Below are positions 9,929 to 18,252 of a DNA stretch of 64,000 nt, one piece after another. The stretch is from Candidatus Aldehydirespiratoraceae bacterium (GTDB lineage Bacteria; Actinomycetota; Acidimicrobiia; Acidimicrobiales; Aldehydirespiratoraceae). The notes under the pieces are model-generated. The model was not told the origin of the DNA. It ran no database searches and saw only the letters and a program-made list of their open reading frames with translations. Location of the stretch: the NCBI GenBank assembly GCA_047639555.1, contig JBLIOE010000001.1, forward strand, positions 45,466 to 109,465, in the 5' to 3' direction. The stretch's first letter is position 1. Every line of letters starts with the position of its first letter. The translations under genes were made by a program, and so were the position numbers.

Positions 9929-10111
9929 GTGCAGGAAATGACCGCTCATATCGGCACGGGCCGAGGGCCCGAACACCCATTGCGGTGTGTTCGTTGCGAC
10001 GTTGCGTGGCGCGGTGTCGAGCGTGATGCCTGCTGGGTCTGCGGCGATCCCGGAGACCTGCGCGGCGAGGTGCGGATCGTCGAAGACGAGTCCGCCGAAC
10101 CTGCGGCCTAA
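9929..10111 (+). CDS. Small hypothetical Zn-ribbon-like protein
   Basis: CVRC-x11-CWVC; GTG lies 6 nt after TAGGGT (9917-9922); fills an otherwise empty gap. Confidence 0.55.
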   Translation: MQEMTAHIGTGRGPEHPLRCVRCDVAWRGVERDACWVCGDPGDLRGEVRIVEDESAEPAA

Positions 10112-10312
10112 CCGCACGTCCGTAGGCGACATCTCAACCTGCGAACAGGCGATTCGTCCAGCTCGCCATTGTGATGACACACGTCGCGCGGAGAAACGCG
10201 AGGAATCGATACCGCGGTTCCACTCTCGGTGGGCACGCGCGGAGCCTCGTTTGAAGATGCCAGCGAGCGATCCCGGCGGCGGCGAAGCCGGGCATGACTA
10301 CATTGGCAAGCA

Positions 10313-10921
10313 ATGACTCTTCACTGGGACGACAGCCGCGTCGAGGTTCACCGCCTCGTCGTTGGGCCGATGGACAACAACGTTTTCGTCGTTCGCTGCC
10401 GAGAAACGGGTGAAGGGGTGATGCTCGACGCCGCCAACGAACACGAACGTCTCCTCGAGCTTTGTCAAGCTCTCGATGTCCGCACGGTGCTCGAGACCCA
10501 CGGCCATTGGGACCACATCCAGGCAGTGCCCGCCGTCCGAGAGGCCGGTTATCGAGTCGGGGTCACCGCGGCCGATGCCGAGATGCTCCCGAGCTACGAC
10601 TACCTGCTTGAGGACGAATCGGTCATCGAGATCGGCAAGCTCCGGATCCATACCCATCTCACCCCGGGACACACTCGCGGCTCGATGTCGTTCAGTGTCG
10701 AGGAAACACCCTTGCTCTTCACGGGCGACACACTCTTCCCCGGTGGGCCGGGTGCAACCCAGTTTGACGGCGGCGACTTCGCCACGATCCTGACGAGTAT
10801 CGAAGATCGCATGTTCCGAGTCTTCGACGCCGACACCATCGTCCTGCCTGGTCACGGCGACAACACCACGATCGGCGCCGAAGCACCCAACCTCGATGAG
10901 TGGGCCACCCGGGGCTGGTGA
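10313..10921 (+). CDS. MBL-fold metallo-hydrolase (glyoxalase II-like)
   Basis: THGHWDH, TPGHT, TGDTLF, PGHG. Confidence 0.93.
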   Translation: MTLHWDDSRVEVHRLVVGPMDNNVFVVRCRETGEGVMLDAANEHERLLELCQALDVRTVLETHGHWDHIQAVPAVREAGYRVGVTAADAEMLPSYDYLLEDESVIEIGKLRIHTHLTPGHTRGSMSFSVEETPLLFTGDTLFPGGPGATQFDGGDFATILTSIEDRMFRVFDADTIVLPGHGDNTTIGAEAPNLDEWATRGW

Positions 10922-10940
10922 CCACCGGCACAGGAGGCGC

Positions 10941-10965
10941 TCAACTTCGAGCGTCGGGTGCCGAT
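10941..10965 (+). promoter_or_regulatory. Putative sigma-28 (FliA/WhiG)-like promoter
   Basis: TCAA-N15-GCCGAT, 10 nt upstream of ATG 10976. Confidence 0.4.
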
Positions 10966-10975
10966 TCGAGTAGAG

Positions 10976-11902
10976 ATGATGTTCCCGCCCATCATCGAGA
11001 ATGAGGATGCGCGCCTGACCGCGCTTCATTCCCTCGCCCTTCTCGATACCCCCGCCGAGTCTGCCTTCGACGAAATCGTCGAACTCGCAGCCTGGGCCTG
11101 CCACGCGCCCATCGCTGCGATCACGATGATCGACGAGGACCGCCAGTGGCTCAAAGCGTCGGTTGGTTTCGAAGTGCGAGAAATTGGCCGCGACATTTCG
11201 TTCTGCGGACACGCGATCGTCGACGGCATGACGATGGTTGTCCCCGACCTGCGGCTTGATCCGCGCTTCGTTGACAATCCGCTGGTCACCGACGACCCGT
11301 CAATTCGGTTTTACGCGGGCGTACCGGTGTACGTCGACGGCCACGCCGTCGGCACCCTCTGTGTGCTCGACACCCGACCTCGATCCCTGTTCTGCGACGA
11401 ACGGCGCGCGCTTGAGATCCTCGCCCGCCAGGCTGCAGCGCGACTCGTTGCCCAGCGCCTTGAGTGGCGATCAGTCGACCAACTCACTGGCGTATCAACC
11501 GAGCTTTCTGTCGACCGCTGGATGATCACGCAGGACGCGGAAACACGCCGCGCTGCCCTTCACTTCGGCATCGACGACCTTCAGGGGATCAGCAAAGAGC
11601 ACGGACGCGACGCGGCCGATGACGCCCTGATCGCTACCGCCCGCGCCCTTCGCGCCAATGCCCCCGACGAGGCGCTTGTCGCCCGCGTCGGCGACGAGTT
11701 CGTCGTCCTCATGCAGAACGTCAACAACGAAGCACTCCACGAGCAGATCGACCAATATCGGACGGCGCTCGAGGAGGCCGCACCCGGCCACGTCGACGTC
11801 TCAATCGGTCTCGCCACGGCAGCAGCCTTTGCTTCGGGCCACGATCTGATTGCTGCGGCCGAGCGGGCAACTCAGCTCGAGAAACAGCTTCGCCGCATAT
11901 AG
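10976..11902 (+). CDS. GAF plus degenerate GGDEF domain protein
   Basis: SFCGHAI..DPRFVDNPLV..IRFYAGVP GAF domain; DQLTG and ARVGDEF in a GGDEF-like domain; start could be 10958-10979. Confidence 0.85.
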   Translation: MMFPPIIENEDARLTALHSLALLDTPAESAFDEIVELAAWACHAPIAAITMIDEDRQWLKASVGFEVREIGRDISFCGHAIVDGMTMVVPDLRLDPRFVDNPLVTDDPSIRFYAGVPVYVDGHAVGTLCVLDTRPRSLFCDERRALEILARQAAARLVAQRLEWRSVDQLTGVSTELSVDRWMITQDAETRRAALHFGIDDLQGISKEHGRDAADDALIATARALRANAPDEALVARVGDEFVVLMQNVNNEALHEQIDQYRTALEEAAPGHVDVSIGLATAAAFASGHDLIAAAERATQLEKQLRRI

Positions 11903-11905
11903 TCG

Positions 11906-12283
11906 CTAGCCGTCGACCGAGACGCGGGCGTAGCGCGCGAGATCGACCTCAGTGATCCCACCCCAGCCGACGCGTCGCAGGGTGCCATCGGCGAACACCT
12001 CGATACCGACGTCTCGCCGATAGCCAAGAACCGCGGCACCGCCCCCGATCAGCACCGCCGGGAGAAAGATCCCGACCATGATCATCCCGGCCGAACCCGG
12101 GGCGACGAACGCGGCAACCGCCGCGAACGACGCCACCACCACACCGACACCCATCGCCAGTCGAGCGAGCGCACGCTGCACGTCAGAGAAACGCCGGTGA
12201 AGCGAGAAGAGGACACCCACCCCCTTGCCGCCGCGCGTCGTCGTGATCGCCTCGCGGAGTTCCGTGACGCGGTCGTCGGGCAT
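11906..12283 (-). CDS. Hypothetical membrane protein (two TM helices)
   Basis: Two hydrophobic helices then a beta-rich tail; start uncertain. Confidence 0.55.
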   Translation of the reverse strand: MPDDRVTELREAITTTRGGKGVGVLFSLHRRFSDVQRALARLAMGVGVVVASFAAVAAFVAPGSAGMIMVGIFLPAVLIGGGAAVLGYRRDVGIEVFADGTLRRVGWGGITEVDLARYARVSVDG

Positions 12284-12536
12284 CTTCGGGATCGAGACCG
12301 AGTCGCGGGCCGGCACCGCCCCTGTCTCGTGCCAGCAATTGATCTGCATCCCGGCAGTGAACCAGACGGCGGCACCAACGCTGGGTCGTCCGGTCCAGAT
12401 AGTTGAATCGTTCGGCCCCTTCGCGCGAAGACTGATGCCTCTAACGCCGAAGGTAGTAAGGCCAGGGCCGCCAGGGTCCGAAGTCGGCACGGCGACCGAA
12501 ACTCCACCACCCCGAATACAGAGAGAGCGAGCGACA

Positions 12537-13001
12537 ATGAGCACGAGAAACCAAATCGAAGAGGCTCTCCAGATAATGCTCGAGCCAGGCGAACGGGTCG
12601 AAGCGTTCCGCCCTGTTGTTGCGAACGGCAAGGTCGAAGACCGGGCCTACGAGACCACTCTCGCCCTACTCGGCCCGTCCGTCTTCTCGACGGCGCCACA
12701 AGGTTCGATGACCGGCGCCGGCGAGATGCCGCACCGCACGAATCTGATCGTGATCACCGATCGCCGAGTCCTCTGGTGCCATAAGCACCGCATCGGCAAC
12801 GAGATCGTGGTCGGCGGGTCCGACGCTCTCGGCGCCATGCATTCGGTCGACATTGTTCCCGCCCGGATCGCCCTGGCCAAACTGCGGTTCACTTTTGCCG
12901 ACTGGTCCGTGGTGCAGTTCGACCTGCCGTCTGATCATCGGGCCGCGGACTTCGCCAACGACATCATGAAGCTGCTACTGCGGGTGCCCGCCGCGGTCTG
13001 A
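12537..13001 (+). CDS. Hypothetical protein, possibly bacterial PH-like fold
   Basis: LEPGERV and LIVITDRRVLW patterns; purine-rich RBS; followed by a terminator. Confidence 0.65.
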   Translation: MSTRNQIEEALQIMLEPGERVEAFRPVVANGKVEDRAYETTLALLGPSVFSTAPQGSMTGAGEMPHRTNLIVITDRRVLWCHKHRIGNEIVVGGSDALGAMHSVDIVPARIALAKLRFTFADWSVVQFDLPSDHRAADFANDIMKLLLRVPAAV

Positions 13002-13023
13002 CCGCTTCGCCCGTCTCTCTGAG

Positions 13024-13052
13024 AGAAACCCGCCCGGTGGGGCGGGTTTCTT
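13024..13052 (+). terminator. Intrinsic terminator hairpin
   Basis: AGAAACCCGCCC-ggtg-GGGCGGGTTTCT, 12-bp stem. Confidence 0.75.
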
Positions 13053-13107
13053 CGCGTTCGAGCGCACCGATACCCTCGACACCAACACCGAGAACCCAGG
13101 AGTCCCC

Positions 13108-14295
13108 GTGTCTGACACCGTTATCCTTACCGGCGCCCGCACCCCGATTGGCCGGTTCAACGGCGGACTTTCCAGCCTGAGCGGAAGCCAACTCGGCGGC
13201 TTGGCGATCGAAGAAGCGCTCAAACGGGCCGGGCTCGAAGGCACCCAAATCGACTACGTCTACATGGGCCAGGTTGTCCAAGCTGGAGCCGGGCAGGTTC
13301 CGGCTCGCCAAGCGGCATTCGCCGGTGGCATCCCGCTGACCGTCCCGTCGACTGGGCTCAACAAGGCCTGCCCCTCTGGCCTGAACGCAATCCAGCAGGC
13401 GCACCGAATGATCGCACTCGGCGAAGCCGAGATCGTTGTTGCCGGCGGCATGGAATCGATGACCCAGGCGCCCTTCCTGCTTCCGCAGGCGCGCAACGGC
13501 TACGGCTACGGCAACGCCACAATGTTCGACTCGCTCACCTTCGACGGGCTGTACTGCTCGTTCGAATCCGAACTCATGGGCGCCGGTACCGAACGCCATG
13601 CCGCAGCCGCGAACATCTCCCGCGAGGAAATGGATGCCGTGTCGGCCGCATCCCACGATCGCGCCGCTCGCGCTCAGAAGGACGGCTTGTTCGGGCCAGA
13701 AATCGTTCCGGTCGAGATCCCCCAACGCAAGGGCGACCCGATTGTCATCAAGGATGACGAGGGAATTCGCGTCGGCACCACCGCCGAGTCGCTCGGTGGG
13801 CTTCGGGCCGCATTCGCCGATGGCGGCAACGTCACCGCCGGCAATGCATCCCAGCTCTCCGATGGTGGCGCCGCGGTTGTCGTCACAACAAACGCAATCG
13901 CCAAGAAGCTGGGCATCGCCCCGCTCGCGGAGATCGTCTCGTACGCCGAAGTCGCGGGCCCCGACACCTCGCTGCTCACGCAGCCGAGCCGTTCGACAAT
14001 GAAGGCAGTCGATCGCGCTGGCCTTTCGCTCACCGACATCGATCTCTTCGAGTTCAACGAGGCCTTTGCGGCCGTGTCGATCGCATCAATGGCCGAGCTT
14101 GGGCTGTCTGACGACGTTGTCAACGTCAATGGTGGCGCGATTGCCCTTGGCCACCCGATCGGCATGAGCGGCACCCGACTTGCGATCACCCTGGCCTACG
14201 AGCTCCGGCGACGCGGCGGCGGTCTTGGTGCGGCGGCCCTTTGCGGCGGTGGCGGTCAGGGCGACGCGATGATCCTGCGAGTGTCCGCCAACTAG
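13108..14295 (+). CDS. Acetyl-CoA C-acetyltransferase (thiolase)
   Basis: NKACPSG, GGMESM, NEAFA, GHPIGMSG, CGGGGQG. Confidence 0.96.
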   Translation: MSDTVILTGARTPIGRFNGGLSSLSGSQLGGLAIEEALKRAGLEGTQIDYVYMGQVVQAGAGQVPARQAAFAGGIPLTVPSTGLNKACPSGLNAIQQAHRMIALGEAEIVVAGGMESMTQAPFLLPQARNGYGYGNATMFDSLTFDGLYCSFESELMGAGTERHAAAANISREEMDAVSAASHDRAARAQKDGLFGPEIVPVEIPQRKGDPIVIKDDEGIRVGTTAESLGGLRAAFADGGNVTAGNASQLSDGGAAVVVTTNAIAKKLGIAPLAEIVSYAEVAGPDTSLLTQPSRSTMKAVDRAGLSLTDIDLFEFNEAFAAVSIASMAELGLSDDVVNVNGGAIALGHPIGMSGTRLAITLAYELRRRGGGLGAAALCGGGGQGDAMILRVSAN

Positions 14296-14317
14296 AGCCG
14301 TCTGCGAAACTCTTGGC

Positions 14318-14953
14318 ATGACCCGGGTGCACCTTCTGAACGAGCTCACGCTTGTCGCCGCGAAGCCACTGCTGTCAGGGGACCAGGCGTGGGCTGCCTG
14401 GCTGACCAGCGTCGTCGCTGATCGCGGCGGCTGCCTGTGGAAGGTGGTCGACCCCGGACCCGCCGGTCGACCGGGATCCGGCCACTCCCATGTCGTTCAT
14501 CTGCCCCGCGGTGAGGTCGCGAGCTACGCCCGGGAGATCGAGGCGGGGCGCGTTGGCGGCGCAGCAACCGCCCACGCCGAGATCGACCGCGCCGATTGGA
14601 CGAGAGCCCGCGAGCCAGTGATCGGCGAAGAGGTCGACGCCATCAGCGGGATGATCGTCGCCGAAGTGTTGTGCGCCGACCCGAAGCACGAAGCCGAGTG
14701 GGACGCGTGGTACGACCAACAGCACCTCCCCGACATGATGGCGAGCGGCGCGTTCGTCGCGGGATCTCGATGGCACCGCGCCACATCCCGGCCCGGATCG
14801 ACGAATCATCTGACGGTCTATGAAATCGCCGGCATCTCCGTGGAAGAAGCAATCGAGCGTTCGGCCGCGGTGATGCCGGGAATCGTTGAGCGGGGCCGCA
14901 AACACTCGAGTCATACCGGCGGGCGGACCTGGGCACTCGCTTGCGAATCATGA
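14318..14953 (+). CDS. Hypothetical protein, EthD-like dimeric alpha/beta barrel
   Basis: EAEWDAWYDQQHLPDMMASGAF..LTVYEI pattern. Confidence 0.6.
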   Translation: MTRVHLLNELTLVAAKPLLSGDQAWAAWLTSVVADRGGCLWKVVDPGPAGRPGSGHSHVVHLPRGEVASYAREIEAGRVGGAATAHAEIDRADWTRAREPVIGEEVDAISGMIVAEVLCADPKHEAEWDAWYDQQHLPDMMASGAFVAGSRWHRATSRPGSTNHLTVYEIAGISVEEAIERSAAVMPGIVERGRKHSSHTGGRTWALACES

Positions 14954-15636
14954 GCCGATTCATCAGCGTGATCGTCGCTGTTGCGGCGGTGTTCTCATCC
15001 TGCGCCTCCCCCATCGACGAGTTCGCTCCGCCCTCAACCACGTTTGCCCCCACATCGCTCCCGTCGATCACAACCGCCCCACCACTGACAACCAGCACCA
15101 GTACCAGCACGACATCAACAACGACAACGAGCACGACAACGACGACAACGCTGCCACCAACCCTCATGATCGACGGGTCACCGATGGTTCGGTTCTCCGT
15201 GGAAGTCGGCGACGACGTCGATCTCGACCGAGCCGAACTCGCTCGTTTCGTCGTCGAAACGCTGAGCGACCCCCGAAGCTGGATGAGTGAAGGTGCCGGT
15301 TTCGAACTCGTCGAGGAGGGTGGACTCTTCACGATCATCGTGGCCGAGCCCGGCCGGGTCGATCACCTCTGTGCGCCTCTACAGACCAACGGCCGCTTCT
15401 CCTGTGCCCGCAACGGCTGGATCGCCTTCAACTCGTTGCGTTGGTTCGGGGCTACCGACGACTGGCCCGCCGATCTCGAGACCTATCGCCGCTATCTAGT
15501 CAACCACGAGGTTGGCCACTACATCGTCGGGGGCGGTCACGCTTCCTGTGCGGGCGCCGGAGAACTCGCGCCGGTCATGATGCAACAAACCAAGGGCCTC
15601 GACGGCTGCGAAGCCAACGGCTGGGTCGATCCCTGA
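14950..15636 (+). CDS. DUF3152 family lipoprotein (zincin)
   Basis: Lipobox-like FSSC, Thr-rich linker, LSDPRSW, YLVNHEVGH, PVMMQQTKG. Confidence 0.88.
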   Translation: MSRFISVIVAVAAVFSSCASPIDEFAPPSTTFAPTSLPSITTAPPLTTSTSTSTTSTTTTSTTTTTTLPPTLMIDGSPMVRFSVEVGDDVDLDRAELARFVVETLSDPRSWMSEGAGFELVEEGGLFTIIVAEPGRVDHLCAPLQTNGRFSCARNGWIAFNSLRWFGATDDWPADLETYRRYLVNHEVGHYIVGGGHASCAGAGELAPVMMQQTKGLDGCEANGWVDP

Positions 15637-15741
15637 CTCGCTGAAAGTAGCCGTTCGGCGCTCGTCGTGGCACGCTAACGATCGTTTACTTGTCACGTCT
15701 CGGCGCGCGCCGAGCAGCAATCGCCCCAGGAGGGGTTCCAC

Positions 15742-16677
15742 ATGAGCAAGCTTCTTGAGGGCAAGGTCGCCCTGATCACCGGTGCCGGCCGCGGCATTGG
15801 CCGTGAACACGCCCTGATGATGGCCGAGCACGGCGCGTCAATCGTCGTCAACGACCTCGGCGGCGACATCCACGGCGAGGGCGGCGACGCCTCCCCCGCC
15901 CAGGAAGTTGTGGCCGAGATTGAGGCCATGGGCGGCAAGGCCGTCGTCAATGGTGGCAACGTCGCCAAGTTCGACGAGGCCAAGGCCATGATCGATCAGG
16001 CAATCGACGCGTTCGGCGACATCCACATCGTCGTGAACAACGCCGGCATCCTTCGTGACCGCATGCTCTTCTCGATGACCGAAGACGACTGGGACGCCAT
16101 CATGGCCGTCCACCTGAAGGGCACCTTCGGCCCGGCCCACCACGCCGCCGTTCACTGGCGCGCCAAGGCCAAGGCGGGCGAAGAGGTCTACGGCCGCATC
16201 ATCAACACCGCGTCGCCCTCGGGTATCTACGGCAACGTTGGCCAGACCAACTACGGCGCCGCCAAGGCCGGCATTGCCGCTTTCTCGGTGATCGCCGCGC
16301 AGGAACTCGTGAAGTACGGCGTCACGGTCAACTGTTTGGCCCCGACCGCCGTGTCGCGCCTGACCATCCCGCTCATGGGCGGCGAAGACAACCTGACCGA
16401 CGAGGTCATGGAAGCCATGTCGCCTCGATGGATCGCCATCGTCACTACCTGGCTCGCCTCGGCTGAGGGCGCCAACGTCACCGGTCGAGTCTTCGACATT
16501 CGTGGCCCCCAGCTCGGCATTGCCGAGGGCTGGCACCTCGGCCCCGTCGAAACCCAGACCGACGAGCCCCAGGACCTCGGCCCAGTCATGGCCAAGCTCA
16601 TGGATCGCGCTCGCCTCAACGCCAACATGAACGGCACTGATCACGAAGGCGCCGGTTTCCCCGGCAAGTCCATCTGA
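15742..16677 (+). CDS. SDR family oxidoreductase
   Basis: TGAGRGIG, NNAGILRD, NYGAAK; strong RBS AGGAGG. Confidence 0.95.
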   Translation: MSKLLEGKVALITGAGRGIGREHALMMAEHGASIVVNDLGGDIHGEGGDASPAQEVVAEIEAMGGKAVVNGGNVAKFDEAKAMIDQAIDAFGDIHIVVNNAGILRDRMLFSMTEDDWDAIMAVHLKGTFGPAHHAAVHWRAKAKAGEEVYGRIINTASPSGIYGNVGQTNYGAAKAGIAAFSVIAAQELVKYGVTVNCLAPTAVSRLTIPLMGGEDNLTDEVMEAMSPRWIAIVTTWLASAEGANVTGRVFDIRGPQLGIAEGWHLGPVETQTDEPQDLGPVMAKLMDRARLNANMNGTDHEGAGFPGKSI

Positions 16678-16689
16678 TCCACCCGCACT

Positions 16690-16744
16690 CCGAAATTGAT
16701 GCGAGTCGACCACCTCAAAGGTGGCCAGCTCGCATCAGTTTTGG
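16690..16744. terminator. Long imperfect hairpin between convergent genes
   Basis: CCGAAATTGATGCGAG...CTCGCATCAGTTTTGG with inner CCACCT/AGGTGG stem. Confidence 0.65.
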
Positions 16745-16746
16745 TT

Positions 16747-17388
16747 TTAGGCGTCGGTGAGGTCGAAACTCACCTGGCAGACGCCGTGGTTGCAGTAGCC
16801 GCCGGGATTCCGGTGAAGGTACTGCTGGTGGTACTCCTCGGCGAAGTAAAAGACGGGCGCATCGATGATCGTCGTCTCAATGTCGCCGAATCCGGCACCG
16901 TTGAGGGCGTCCTGATAGCGAACCTGGCTCGTTGCCGCCGCTGAACGCTGATCGTCGTCGTAGACGTAGATCTCGCTGCGGTACTGGGTGCCGATGTCGT
17001 TGTGTTGACGCATGAACTGGGTGGGGTCGTGGACCTCCCAGAACACCTTCAACAGTTCGTCGTAGCTCACGACGGCCGGATCGTAGACAACGAACACCAC
17101 CTCGTTGTGACCCGTGCGACCTGAGCACACCTCTTCGTAGAGCGGGTTGGGCGTGTAGCCGCCGGCGTAGCCGACTGCGGTGGTATGCACGCCGTCGAGC
17201 AGCCAAAAGAACCGCTCCGCTCCCCAGAAGCAGCCGAGCCCGAACATAGCCGTCTGCATCCCTTCCGGGTACGGACCGGCGAGCGCGGTGCCGAGCACCA
17301 AGTGAGCGTCTTGCACGGGGACCGCCTCCGGACGACCCGGCAAGGCGTCGGTGGGATCGGGCATGGTCTGCTTGTCGCGTCCGAACAT
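16747..17388 (-). CDS. msrA: Peptide-methionine (S)-S-oxide reductase
   Basis: [35 protein letters not shown]. Confidence 0.97.
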   Translation of the reverse strand: MFGRDKQTMPDPTDALPGRPEAVPVQDAHLVLGTALAGPYPEGMQTAMFGLGCFWGAERFFWLLDGVHTTAVGYAGGYTPNPLYEEVCSGRTGHNEVVFVVYDPAVVSYDELLKVFWEVHDPTQFMRQHNDIGTQYRSEIYVYDDDQRSAAATSQVRYQDALNGAGFGDIETTIIDAPVFYFAEEYHQQYLHRNPGGYCNHGVCQVSFDLTDA

Positions 17389-17481
17389 GATTTCCTCATT
17401 TTCCTTGGTCAGGGGTGACCTTACGCTGAGGAAACGCTGGGACTCGCCAAAACGTTCCTACTCACCGCTAGCTTCGCCGCC

Positions 17482-18252
17482 GTGACCGATCTTCCCGCAT
17501 CCCCGCGCAGCCTCCCCTCTCAGATGGGGGCACACATGGGCCCCAACGGCGATGATGTCGACTGCTGGCTACAGGTTTGCGACGATCTCTCAAACCATGG
17601 GCATCCGTACGGGGCGACCCTCGTGATGCTTGTCGATGTGGCAGCAGGATGGGCGGCGGAGGCTACGGCGGGCGACGACTGGACCTTCACGGTCGACATC
17701 GGCATTCGCCGCACACCAGTCCCGACCGAGCGCATAAATGGCCGCCCGATCGTGCAGCGGGCGGGACGAACAATCTCGATCGACTTCCCGATGTGGGATG
17801 CCTCGGGGGCCATCACCGCCACTGGCGTGTCGACGTTTATCCGTCTCCCCCGCCGGCCCAACGACCCGCCTCGACCCGTGTTCCCACTCGACACGATGGC
17901 CGTCTGGTCACCACCCGACGGCCCCCTCGCCGAACTGCTTGGTGCCCGGGCGACTGACCGAGGCCTGGCCGTCGACCACCGGCCCGAACTCCTCAACCCC
18001 GCCGGAATCCTGCAAGGCGGGGTGAGCGCCCTCCTGGCCGAACTCGCCGCGCTGGACGCCCTCGAACAGATCTCCAGCCGATCACTTGTCAGCACGAGCT
18101 TCGACGTTCGTTATGTGACCATGGGGCGCGTCGGACCCTTTGAGGCCGTGGTCGAACCGATTGGCACAGACTCTGCCGTGGTGAAAATTCTCGACCGTGG
18201 TGCTGATGATGCTGTGGTTACCCACAACCTCATCGGCTTCACCGCGGTCTAG
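17482..18252 (+). CDS. Double hotdog-fold (PaaI-like) thioesterase
   Basis: Two PaaI-like motifs: NHGHPYGATLVMLVD and NPAGILQGG. Confidence 0.75.
   Translation: MTDLPASPRSLPSQMGAHMGPNGDDVDCWLQVCDDLSNHGHPYGATLVMLVDVAAGWAAEATAGDDWTFTVDIGIRRTPVPTERINGRPIVQRAGRTISIDFPMWDASGAITATGVSTFIRLPRRPNDPPRPVFPLDTMAVWSPPDGPLAELLGARATDRGLAVDHRPELLNPAGILQGGVSALLAELAALDALEQISSRSLVSTSFDVRYVTMGRVGPFEAVVEPIGTDSAVVKILDRGADDAVVTHNLIGFTAV

Noticed and set aside
12400-12480. Possible c-di-GMP-I or fluoride riboswitch (GCGCGAAG..CTAA..GCCAGGGCCGCC; CTGATG)
   Set aside because: Only fragments resemble the consensus and the required 5' elements are absent; an Infernal/Rfam scan would settle it.
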